Assembly (NCBI GenBank): GCA_963790305.1
Contig: CAWBOC010000010.1
Location: forward strand, 409,939 to 473,938
Source: an uncultured Gemmatimonadaceae bacterium
GTDB taxonomy: Bacteria > Gemmatimonadota > Gemmatimonadetes > Gemmatimonadales > Gemmatimonadaceae
Direction of reading: 5' to 3'
Length of the DNA stretch: 64,000 nucleotides
The notes beneath the pieces were generated by a model, which saw only the letters and a program-made list of their open reading frames with translations, searched no databases and was not told the DNA's origin. A program made the translations under genes and the position numbers. Of this stretch, positions 9,733 through 17,683 are shown one piece after another (the stretch's first letter is position 1; every line of letters begins with the position of its first letter).

Positions 9733-10479
9733 CTAGGGCAACACAACCACGGTATCGATCTCGACCCGCAACGCCCGCCAGGTTATCGGATCGACCACCA
9801 CCCGCGCCTTCCCCCCCTCGAAGATGATCGTCCCGTTCTCCTTGAACGGTGGACCGTAGAAGTAGCGGTAGTCGGTGGCAGGGGATTCCTCGCGGAGGTA
9901 CAGCGAATCCAGGCGGGCCTGCCGCGGGGAGTAGCGCATGGCATAGAGGCGGTAGCTTCCCTGGCTTCCCTCCGGCTTCATCCCCCAGTAGTAAACGGTC
10001 GAATCGATGACCGAGGGCGACGAGAATCCCGAGTTGAAGTGCGGCACGATCTCGCTGAGCAGACGCCGCCCCGCAGGCGTGCACAGGACGTGATCGGTCG
10101 GCCACGCCGGTGGCGCCGATATCGAGGCCACTTCGGCGGAATCGGCGTCGTATTTGAGCACGGGGAAAAAGACGAGCGAATCGCGGCCGACATGGTGCAC
10201 GCCGAAGTGCACGTCCACGGTGTCGACGACCGCGCCGTTCGCACGCAGGACGACGCGCTTTCCCTCCTCGATCATCGTCGCCCATGCGAGCGTGTCGCCG
10301 AGCGTATAGGTCGCCCCGGCGGGGCAGGGCGTGCGCGCGGCCGAGAAGTCGCCCTCGATGACGATCGGCGAATCCGCACCAGCCGAGGCATCGCCGGTGG
10401 CGCGGTCGCCCGCGGGCTCGCCGCAGGCAACCACTCCCACCAGGAAGGCGCCCAGGCGAGCCGTTAGGCGAGGAGCCAC
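9733..10479 (-). CDS. Hypothetical lipoprotein
   Basis: Lipobox-like VVAC after hydrophobic stretch; 248-aa ORF in an operon-like run. Confidence 0.65.
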   Translation of the reverse strand: MAPRLTARLGAFLVGVVACGEPAGDRATGDASAGADSPIVIEGDFSAARTPCPAGATYTLGDTLAWATMIEEGKRVVLRANGAVVDTVDVHFGVHHVGRDSLVFFPVLKYDADSAEVASISAPPAWPTDHVLCTPAGRRLLSEIVPHFNSGFSSPSVIDSTVYYWGMKPEGSQGSYRLYAMRYSPRQARLDSLYLREESPATDYRYFYGPPFKENGTIIFEGGKARVVVDPITWRALRVEIDTVVVLP

Positions 10480-10508
10480 TCGTTGGACAGCCTCAGAGCC
10501 TCATTGCC

Positions 10509-11076
10509 TCAGTTCGGCCAGAGCCACCCGAACGTCCCAGCCATCAAGAGAGCATAGACGAGGCCGTCGAAGGTGTGCTTGACCGTCGTGCTCCATTTCC
10601 GATTCCACCAGATGGAGTCCTGCCACAGGCCGCCGACGAAGCCGATGAAGGCGACCGTCCCGATGACGCGAAACACGGAGAGATAGGCCGCGCCGGGCCC
10701 GAGGGTGCGGCTGGCGATGTACGCGGCGAAGATCGCAATGAGCGCGCAGTAGATGAACCACTGCACGAGGTTCTTTCCCATGTGAAACGGCCCGGGGGGC
10801 AATACCGTCATCACCGGCGATGGGTCCCTGGCTCATCTTCTCCTTGAACGCCGGCTCCTTCATCGCCTTCATCGAAGGCGCCCGCGGAATCATGTAGTCG
10901 CCGGGAGGAATGTTGAACCGGCGCAGGGCCGCCATCACCCCGTCCTCGTCCGGCACCTTGGTCACATCGCTGAAGTGGTACGTGAGAACCGCGTTCATGA
11001 TCGAGCTGGCGAGAAACACGATCACCGCGGAGACGAGGACCGGGACCAGCAATGATGTCAGGGAAACCATCGCCAT
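10509..11076 (-). CDS. Conserved membrane protein, split by a frameshift near 10815
   Basis: N-half (MVSLTSLLVPVLVSAVIVF..PPGDYMIP..GPIA) continues in another frame as MTVLPPGP..WLWPN. Confidence 0.7.
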
Positions 11077-11119
11077 CTCCGCGTGAGAGAGTGAGCCCTC
11101 GTGCCGCGCGTCTCGCGGG

Positions 11120-11596
11120 TTACGGCGCGCGCGTCGCTTCGGTCCGGAGCACGAGCACGGTATCCGAGCCCGTCGTCTGATAGCGGGCGCGCGTCGAGCC
11201 GACGAGGCGATCGCCTTCTCGGCGCAGCACGTTGCGTGTGCTGACCTGAACGTTCTGTCGGCGAACGCTTTGGAATGGTCCCGCCTCGGTCACGACGCTG
11301 TCACCTTGCACGGCGACGATACGCACCGGCACAGGTTGTGGGCGATTGGGGAAGCGGATGGTCCATCCGCTGGTGTCGGACGTCGCGGTCATCGTGTATC
11401 GCGTGATGGACGTATCGGTGCCGCTCTCCGGCGTCGCCGTCACGTTCCAGGTGCCGGCGAGGTCCGCCAGGGCGATGGTACTCGCTACAGGCGCCGTGTC
11501 GGTCGCGCCGGCGGCGGTGTCCGTCGCCACATCACGGTCGGCGGTCGAACAGGCGACGAGACCGGCAACGCAGCAGCTCAAGGCCAGGATACGCAT
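11120..11596 (-). CDS. Hypothetical lipoprotein
   Basis: MRILALSCCVAGLVAC lipobox; LADLAGTWNV; GAGGA RBS. Confidence 0.75.
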   Translation of the reverse strand: MRILALSCCVAGLVACSTADRDVATDTAAGATDTAPVASTIALADLAGTWNVTATPESGTDTSITRYTMTATSDTSGWTIRFPNRPQPVPVRIVAVQGDSVVTEAGPFQSVRRQNVQVSTRNVLRREGDRLVGSTRARYQTTGSDTVLVLRTEATRAP

Positions 11597-11628
11597 GGGA
11601 TCCTCGGACGAATTGTGAGAGGGCGAAC

Positions 11629-11803
11629 CTATCCTTCCCTGGCGAGAAGAGCCAGCCCGAACCGTTCGACGACTCGCTGTGCCACGTCGCCCGGTGACAC
11701 ATGGGTGTTGTCGATGCGGAGATAGTCCGCTCGCTCGTCGTACACTCCCGGTCATTTTGCCGACCGCGGGCGGTCTGACGATGAACACGAGCGTCGGCGC
11801 CAC
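11629..11803 (-). pseudogene. Internally deleted P-loop (shikimate-kinase-like) gene remnant
   Basis: N-terminal APTLVFIVRPPAVGKMT abuts, out of frame, a C-terminal YLRIDNTHVSPGDVAQRVVERFGL..stop. Confidence 0.6.
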
Positions 11804-11805
11804 GG

Positions 11806-12402
11806 CTACGCTTTTCCGCGACGGCGTTTCGTCCGCCAGTAGTAGTTGCGCGCTTTCACGGCGCTGCCGCACATCGTCATGCTGCACCACCGCCGTGATC
11901 GGTTCTTGCTGGTATCCACGAAGAACCAGCCACAGCTGGGACAGCGGCTCACGCGCTCCAGGCGGTCCGAGGTCACCAGCGCGACCATCGCCTCGACCAG
12001 CCGATAGCGCACCGTTGCGACCCCGGCGGCGTCCGAGTCGAGGACGCGTCTCAACTGCCCCTTCTCGGAGCGCAATCGCGCCACACGCGCCGCCTCCGCC
12101 GCGTCACTGGCCAGCGCCTCGAGGTCGTCTGTGCCTGGCGAGCGCCCGTCCCGTATCGCGCGCAGCATGCGCTCGAGGCGCGTACGGAGATCGCGCAGGC
12201 GCCGCAGCTCCGCCCCCGCCGACAGGGCTGCGAGGCGCCTCGATTCCGGGCCCGAGAGGATACCCGCCGTCTCCGCGAACCGCAGCGCTTCAGGGAAGGT
12301 CGGCACGTAGTCACGCGGCTCCGGAGCGGTCCAGTCGTGAATGGTGTTCACGAAGTCGAGGACGGCGTCGCCACCGATGAGCTCGAAGCGGTGCGCAGGC
12401 AT
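11806..12402 (-). CDS. ABATE/CGNR zinc-finger (DUF1470-type) putative transcriptional regulator
   Basis: LDFVNT N-terminus; RCPSCGWFFVDTSKNRSRRWCSMTMCG C-terminal zinc finger. Confidence 0.9.
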   Translation of the reverse strand: MPAHRFELIGGDAVLDFVNTIHDWTAPEPRDYVPTFPEALRFAETAGILSGPESRRLAALSAGAELRRLRDLRTRLERMLRAIRDGRSPGTDDLEALASDAAEAARVARLRSEKGQLRRVLDSDAAGVATVRYRLVEAMVALVTSDRLERVSRCPSCGWFFVDTSKNRSRRWCSMTMCGSAVKARNYYWRTKRRRGKA

Positions 12403-12431
12403 GGGGCCAATGTAGCGGGTCGCGGCGTGTA

Positions 12432-12498
12432 TTACCAGCATAGCGCTCTTGACAGGTAAGAGATAATGTATCACCATCAATATGGCTTTGGCTGGTAA
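12432..12498. promoter_or_regulatory. Two T(T/C)ACC-N18-GGTAA inverted repeats overlapping a TTGACA -35 hexamer
   Basis: TTACC 12432-36/GGTAA 12455-59; TCACC 12471-75/GGTAA 12494-98; TTGACA 12449-54; divergent intergenic region. Confidence 0.6.
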
Positions 12499-12520
12499 TA
12501 TCCCGTCTGGAGGGACTCCC

Positions 12521-13468
12521 GTGCATCGTCGCATCGCCCTCGTAGGCGCACCATCGAGTATCGGCATCCGCCCGTACGACGACGGCACGGCGCGTCGCCT
12601 CGACCTCGCGCCCACGGTGCTGCGCGAGCAGCGACTCGGGTCTCGAATCGCCGCGCGCGACTTCGGCGACGTGCTCCCACCGCCGTATCGCGACTTTGTT
12701 CGGCCGCAGGGTCGGCCGCGGAACGAGGCGGACGTCGCGACCTACTCACGCCAGATTGCGTCTCGCGTCGCGCAAGCGCGGGCCAAGGGCGCCTTCACCC
12801 TCCTGCTCGGCGGCGATTGCAGCATCGTGCTGGGCGCCCTGCTCGGCGCCAGGCGTGGCAGCCGCTCGCGCGTGGGACTCGTCTACGTCGACGCGCACGC
12901 CGATTTCGCGACGCCCGAGACGTCGCAAACCGGCTCCGCCGCCAGCATGTGTCTCGCCCTCGCGGTGGGTCGGGGGGACACGCCCCTCGCCCGCCTCAAC
13001 GGGGGTGCTCCGCTCGTGCGGGGGGAGGACGTGGTCGTCATCGGCCGTCGCGACGACTGGGACGAACCCTGGTACGGCGAGGACGCATTGCGCGAATCGC
13101 CCGTGCTGGATCTCACCCACGCGACGGTTCGCAGCGGGGGCGCGGCCGCCGCCGCGCACGCCACGATCGACCGGCTGGCGCCTAACGTGGACGGCTTCTG
13201 GATCCACGTCGACGCCGACGTGCTCGATCCCACCGTGGTCCCGGCCGTTGACTCGCCCGAACCCGGCGGCCTCAGTCTCGAGGAGCTGGCCGACCTGTTG
13301 ACTCCGCTCGCCCACCACCCGGCAGCGCTCGGGCTCGAGTTGACGATCTACGATCCGGCGCTGGACCCCGATCGCTCGAGCGCGTCCCGCCTGACGACGC
13401 TCCTCGAGCACGTCCTTGGCGGGCCCGCCTCGGCATTCTGGGAAGGCCTGGCACGGAGTCACGCATGA
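12521..13468 (+). CDS. Arginase family (ureohydrolase) protein
   Basis: LLGGDCSI, YVDAHADF, WIHVDADVLDP..PGGL motifs; GGAGG RBS before GTG. Confidence 0.92.
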   Translation: MHRRIALVGAPSSIGIRPYDDGTARRLDLAPTVLREQRLGSRIAARDFGDVLPPPYRDFVRPQGRPRNEADVATYSRQIASRVAQARAKGAFTLLLGGDCSIVLGALLGARRGSRSRVGLVYVDAHADFATPETSQTGSAASMCLALAVGRGDTPLARLNGGAPLVRGEDVVVIGRRDDWDEPWYGEDALRESPVLDLTHATVRSGGAAAAAHATIDRLAPNVDGFWIHVDADVLDPTVVPAVDSPEPGGLSLEELADLLTPLAHHPAALGLELTIYDPALDPDRSSASRLTTLLEHVLGGPASAFWEGLARSHA

Positions 13469-13776
13469 TTGCACGCACCTGGCACGGTCGAGTTCCAACC
13501 GCCAAAGCGGACGCCTATGAAGCGTTTCTCCACCGTACGGGGCTCGCAGACATCGCGGCAACTCCGGGAAACCGGGGCCTGCTGCTGTTACGCCGAAACG
13601 AGGGTGGGGTCACCCACTTTCTCCTCACCTCACTCTGGGAGTCCGTGCAGGCGATCGCGCGATTCGCCGGCGACGATTACGCGCGGGCTCGCTACTACGA
13701 CGAGGACGACGACTTTCTTCTCGAGCGCGAAGAGTTCGTCACGCACCACGACGTCGTCGTCGCCAGGGTGGGCTGA
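13465..13776 (+). CDS. Antibiotic biosynthesis monooxygenase (ABM)-like protein
   Basis: MIARTWHG..TPGNRG..SLWES..AIARFAG..ARYY; ATGA overlap with arginase. Confidence 0.85.
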   Translation: MIARTWHGRVPTAKADAYEAFLHRTGLADIAATPGNRGLLLLRRNEGGVTHFLLTSLWESVQAIARFAGDDYARARYYDEDDDFLLEREEFVTHHDVVVARVG

Positions 13777-13834
13777 GCCCTACGCGCCGATTCTGCATTC
13801 TGAACTCTGACCTCTCTGCCGTTGAACTCCCGTC

Positions 13835-13864
13835 TTGACCGAAACCACCACACAGAGCTATAGT
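13835..13864 (+). promoter_or_regulatory. Sigma70-like promoter
   Basis: TTGACC (13835-40) -18 nt- TATAGT (13859-64) just upstream of the riboswitch. Confidence 0.6.
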
Positions 13865-13878
13865 GATCGAAGACAACT

Positions 13879-13933
13879 GAATCCGTGGTGATTTGCCGCC
13901 TATTGCCGCCACGTAAAACAAGGTGCTAAAACG
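13879..13933 (+). ncRNA. SAM-II (SAM-alpha type) riboswitch
   Basis: ATCCGTGGTGATTTG...TTGCCGCCACGTAAAACAAGGTGCTAAA closely follows the SAM-II pattern; CGTGGTG pairs with CGCCACG; upstream of sulfur-related genes. Confidence 0.8.
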
Positions 13934-13977
13934 CGAACAGCCCGGGCGGAACTTCCGCTCGGGCGCTTTCGTTTTTC
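13934..13977 (+). terminator. Intrinsic terminator / riboswitch expression platform
   Basis: CCCGGGCGG-AACTT-CCGCTCGGG hairpin followed by CTTTCGTTTTT. Confidence 0.7.
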
Positions 13978-14027
13978 GGTCGACCCCATGTCGGCCGCCG
14001 GCGGCCACTCGTCGAGGAGAAGCACAC

Positions 14028-15014
14028 ATGGCCGCGCACGCTCCGCATCGCCCAATCGCCGTCTTTCACGAGCATCCGCACTGGTTCGCTCCGCTATTCG
14101 CGGAGCTCGAGCGGCGGGGCTTGCCCTACGATCGGATCGATGCCGCCTCGCATTCCTTCGATCCCTCCGAGCGTTCTGCTCCGTATTCGCTGGTGGTCAA
14201 TCGGGCGAGCCCATCCGCGTATCTCAGGGGACATGCGCAGAGCCTCTTTTACACGCTGCACTGGCTCCGTCACCTGGATCTCCTCGGCGTTCCGGTCGTG
14301 AACGGCGCGGATGTCTACGGGCTCGAGCTCTCGAAGGCGTTGCAGCTCGACCTGCTCGAGGAGCTCGGGCTCCCCTACCCGCGCGCTCGTGTCATCAACA
14401 ACCCGGCGCAGGCGCCGGCGATCGCGGCCGCGCTCCGGGCGCCGGTGCTCGTCAAGGCGAACGTGGGAGGCAGCGGCGCCGGGATCGTCCGGTACGAGAC
14501 CACGGCGGCGCTCACGGAGGCGGTCAAGCAGGGGCGCGTCGAGCTCGGCGTCGACGGGACAGCGCTCGTGCAGGAGTGCGCGCCGCTCCGCGACGGCCAC
14601 ATCACGCGTGTCGAGACGTTAGGCGGCTCGTTTCTCTACGCGATCAACGTATATCCCGCGACGGGATCGTTCGATCTCTGCCCGGCGGACGCCTGCCAGA
14701 CGACCGAGGGCGTCGAGCTCGTGCGCGGGGCGTGCGCCGTCGACGCTCCGCGGACGGGACTTCGCGTCGAGGCCGCGCGACCGCCCGCGGAGATCATCGC
14801 GCAGGTGGAGCACATCGCTCGCGCGGCGCGGCTCGACGTGGGCGGGATCGAGTACCTCGTCGATGATCGCGACGGTCGCCACTACTTCTACGACATCAAT
14901 GCACTCTCGAACTTCGTGGCCGATGCACCCAACGTCATCGGCTTCGATCCGTGGGTGCCGCTGGTGGACTATCTGGAGCAACGCGCCGGCCTCGCGCAGG
15001 CGAAGGTGGCCTGA
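14028..15014 (+). CDS. ATP-grasp (RimK/glutathione-synthetase-like) protein
   Basis: PVLVKANVGGSGAGI, LDVGGIEYL, YDINALSNF; GAGGAG RBS. Confidence 0.85.
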   Translation: MAAHAPHRPIAVFHEHPHWFAPLFAELERRGLPYDRIDAASHSFDPSERSAPYSLVVNRASPSAYLRGHAQSLFYTLHWLRHLDLLGVPVVNGADVYGLELSKALQLDLLEELGLPYPRARVINNPAQAPAIAAALRAPVLVKANVGGSGAGIVRYETTAALTEAVKQGRVELGVDGTALVQECAPLRDGHITRVETLGGSFLYAINVYPATGSFDLCPADACQTTEGVELVRGACAVDAPRTGLRVEAARPPAEIIAQVEHIARAARLDVGGIEYLVDDRDGRHYFYDINALSNFVADAPNVIGFDPWVPLVDYLEQRAGLAQAKVA

Positions 15015-16060
15015 TGCGCTACGGCTACTGGCTGCCCGTCTTCGGTGGGTGGCTGCGCAACGTCCCTGACGAGGGCATGGCACCGACGTGGGAGTACGTC
15101 CGGCGTCTCGCCCAGCGCAGCGAGCAGATCGGGTACGATCTGACGCTCATCGCCGAGCTGTTTCTCAACGACATCAAGGGCATCACCGCTCCGTCGCTTG
15201 ATGCGTGGTCGACCGCCGCCGCGCTCGCCGCCGTGACCGAGCGACTCGAGCTCATGATCGCGGTGCGTCCGACCTTCCATAACCCGGCGATTCTTGCCAA
15301 GCAGGCGGCGAGCATCGATCGCATCTCGACCGGGCGCGTGGCGCTCAACGTCGTCTCGTCATGGTGGCGCGACGAGGCCCGTCGGTACGGCGTGCAGTTC
15401 GACGAGCACGATGACCGCTACGCGCGAACGGCCGAGTGGCTCGCGATCGTCGACGGTGTGTGGCGCGAGCCCACGTTCAGCTTCCGCGGGAAATACTTCC
15501 AGGTCGATGAGACGATCGCCGAGCCGAAGCCGCTCAGGCGGCCGCGTCCTCCGGTCTATGCCGGTGGAGAGTCGGACGCGGCGAAGGCGCTCATCGCGCG
15601 GACGTGCGACGCGTACGTCATGCATGGCGACCCGCCGGAACGCATCGCGCCGCGCATCGCCGAGCTGGCGAGGCGTCGCGAGGAGGCGGGGCTTCCCCCG
15701 ATGGGGTTCGGCATGGCGGCGTACGCGATCGTCCGGTCAACGGAGCGGGAGGCGCGGCGCGAGCTCGAGCGGATCACGAACGTCGCGCCTGGCTCGCCCG
15801 GGTATGGCAACTACAGCGACTGGGTGGCGAACACGAGGCTCGAGCAACGGCTGAGCCTCGAGGACTACTCGGTGTCGAACCGCGGATTGCGCGCCGGACT
15901 GGTCGGGACGCCGGAGCAGGTCGCCGACCGCGTGCGAAGCTTCGCCGCGATCGGCGTCGATCTTCTGCTCCTGCAGTGCAGCCCGCAGGTCGAGGAGATG
16001 GAACGCTTCGCCGCCGACGTCATGCCACTGGTTGGCGCTCGGCGCGAGGCGGCGGCGTGA
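15014..16060 (+). CDS. LLM-class flavin-dependent monooxygenase (SsuD/SfnG-like)
   Basis: YGYWLPVFGGW, SLDAWSTAAALAAVTERLELMIAVRP, GLVGTPEQVADR; TGATG coupling. Confidence 0.88.
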   Translation: MRYGYWLPVFGGWLRNVPDEGMAPTWEYVRRLAQRSEQIGYDLTLIAELFLNDIKGITAPSLDAWSTAAALAAVTERLELMIAVRPTFHNPAILAKQAASIDRISTGRVALNVVSSWWRDEARRYGVQFDEHDDRYARTAEWLAIVDGVWREPTFSFRGKYFQVDETIAEPKPLRRPRPPVYAGGESDAAKALIARTCDAYVMHGDPPERIAPRIAELARRREEAGLPPMGFGMAAYAIVRSTEREARRELERITNVAPGSPGYGNYSDWVANTRLEQRLSLEDYSVSNRGLRAGLVGTPEQVADRVRSFAAIGVDLLLLQCSPQVEEMERFAADVMPLVGARREAAA

Positions 16061-16124
16061 CCCGGACACTTGCACGGGGATGGTAGACGCTGCAGAATCA
16101 GGTACTTACCGCTTCGAGGTTCCA

Positions 16125-16586
16125 ATGACCTCGTCCTGCTCGCGCATCCCGCTCGTCCTCGCGCTCGGCCTTGCTCTCACCACCGGGTGCAAATCGGCGC
16201 AGCGCGCCGACACCGATCCGCCGCCGCCACGTCGCGACGACGTCACGGCCGAGGACATCGAGCGCGCGCCCGGCCAGCCCATCGAGGAGATTCTCAAGGG
16301 TCGCGTCGCCGGCGTCACGGTTACACAGGGGCAAGGGGGTCTCGTCGTCCGAATCCGGGGCGTCAGCTCGTTTTATGGCAACAACGAGCCGCTCTACGTG
16401 CTCGATGACGTTCCGATCACGCCAGGGTCCGGCGGCGTCCTGAGGGGGCTAAGCCCGTACGACATCGAATCGATCAACGTGCTGAAGGATCCGGCCGAGA
16501 CGGCACTCTATGGTGTGCGCGGAGCGAATGGCGTCATCGTGATCCGGACGAAGCGTCCAGTGAAGAACAAGACCCCAAGCGGATAG
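16125..16586 (+). CDS. Lipoprotein consisting only of a SusC-type TonB receptor plug domain
   Basis: Lipobox LTTGC; IRGVSSFYGNNEPLYVLD..DIESINVLKD..ALYGVRGANGVIVIRTKR then stop. Confidence 0.8.
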   Translation: MTSSCSRIPLVLALGLALTTGCKSAQRADTDPPPPRRDDVTAEDIERAPGQPIEEILKGRVAGVTVTQGQGGLVVRIRGVSSFYGNNEPLYVLDDVPITPGSGGVLRGLSPYDIESINVLKDPAETALYGVRGANGVIVIRTKRPVKNKTPSG

Positions 16587-16690
16587 ATCGCGCGCTCACC
16601 GACGTCTTCTTGACAATCCCGCCCCTCGGCCGTAATACGATCTAGCTTTTCCGGGCCTTCTTGCTCGTGACGGGCTCGGCCTAACGCGGT

Positions 16691-17654
16691 GTGAAGTCGA
16701 CAAGCCTCAGGTCCTCTTACAAGGAGGGTCGCACGCGGCTGCTCGGTCTCTTCGCTCTGCTCCTGTTGTGCCCACTCTCCTCGTCCTGCGCGCCGACCCG
16801 TGTGGCCGGCCAGACGGATGCGGCCCCGCGTGCGGCCAACGCCCAGCCGACCTATCTCCTCATCCGCAGTGATGATGCGGGGATGAGTCACAGTGTGAAC
16901 CTGGGCCTCCAGCGGCTGATCGAGAGCGGCTTGCCCGTCTCGATCTCGGTGATGTTTCCCACGCCGTGGTACCAGGAGACCGTCGAGCTCCTGAAGCGGC
17001 ACCCCACGGTATCGGCGGGCATTCACCTGACGCTCAACTCGGAGTGGAAAAACTATCGGTGGGGACCGGTGTTGGGCCGTACGGCGGTTCCCAGCCTGGT
17101 GGACGCGCGAGGGATACTTTTTCCCGTCCGCTGACACCCTCTACAAGAACCGCCCCGACCTGCAGGAGGTCGAGCGGGAGCTGCGCGCGCAGATCGAGCG
17201 CGCCCTCCGGTCCGGCCTCAGGATCGACTACGTCGATTACCACATGGGCACGGTCATGCGCTACCCCGAGTTCCGCGAGATCACCGAGCGGCTCGCCCGG
17301 GAGTTCTCGTTAGGGATGTCGGGCTATTTCGGCGAGACCAGCCACGACCCGCAGTACGCGGCGCCTCCGCGGGCCAAGCTCGACAGCCTGCTGGTCATGG
17401 TGAACCGCCTCGAGCCCGGCCTCAACCTCGTGGTCACCCACGTCGGGATCGATGATGCGGAGCTGGGTGCGCTACTGGACATGAACACATCGAATCCGCT
17501 CCCCGACATGAGCAAGAATCGTCAGGGAGAGCTCGACGCCCTTACGTCACCGCGGTTCAGCGCCGCCGTCAAGGCGCGCAACATCCGCCTCGTGACGTAT
17601 CGCGATTTGATCCAAATGCACGGCCTGCAGGTGATGCGACGCCCCGGAGGATGA
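16691..17654 (+). CDS. ChbG/HpnK (YdjC) family carbohydrate deacetylase, frameshift near 17112
   Basis: LLIRSDDAGMSHSVN, GIHLTLNSEW, then in a shifted frame ELRAQIERA..IDYVDYHMG. Confidence 0.82.
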
Positions 17655-17683
17655 GAACGATCTGCGCCACTCGGAGGTTTCCC

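Noticed and set aside
17132..17134. Second selenocysteine TGA in the deacetylase
   Set aside because: Homology continues in a different frame from ~17112, so this is a frameshift, not readthrough
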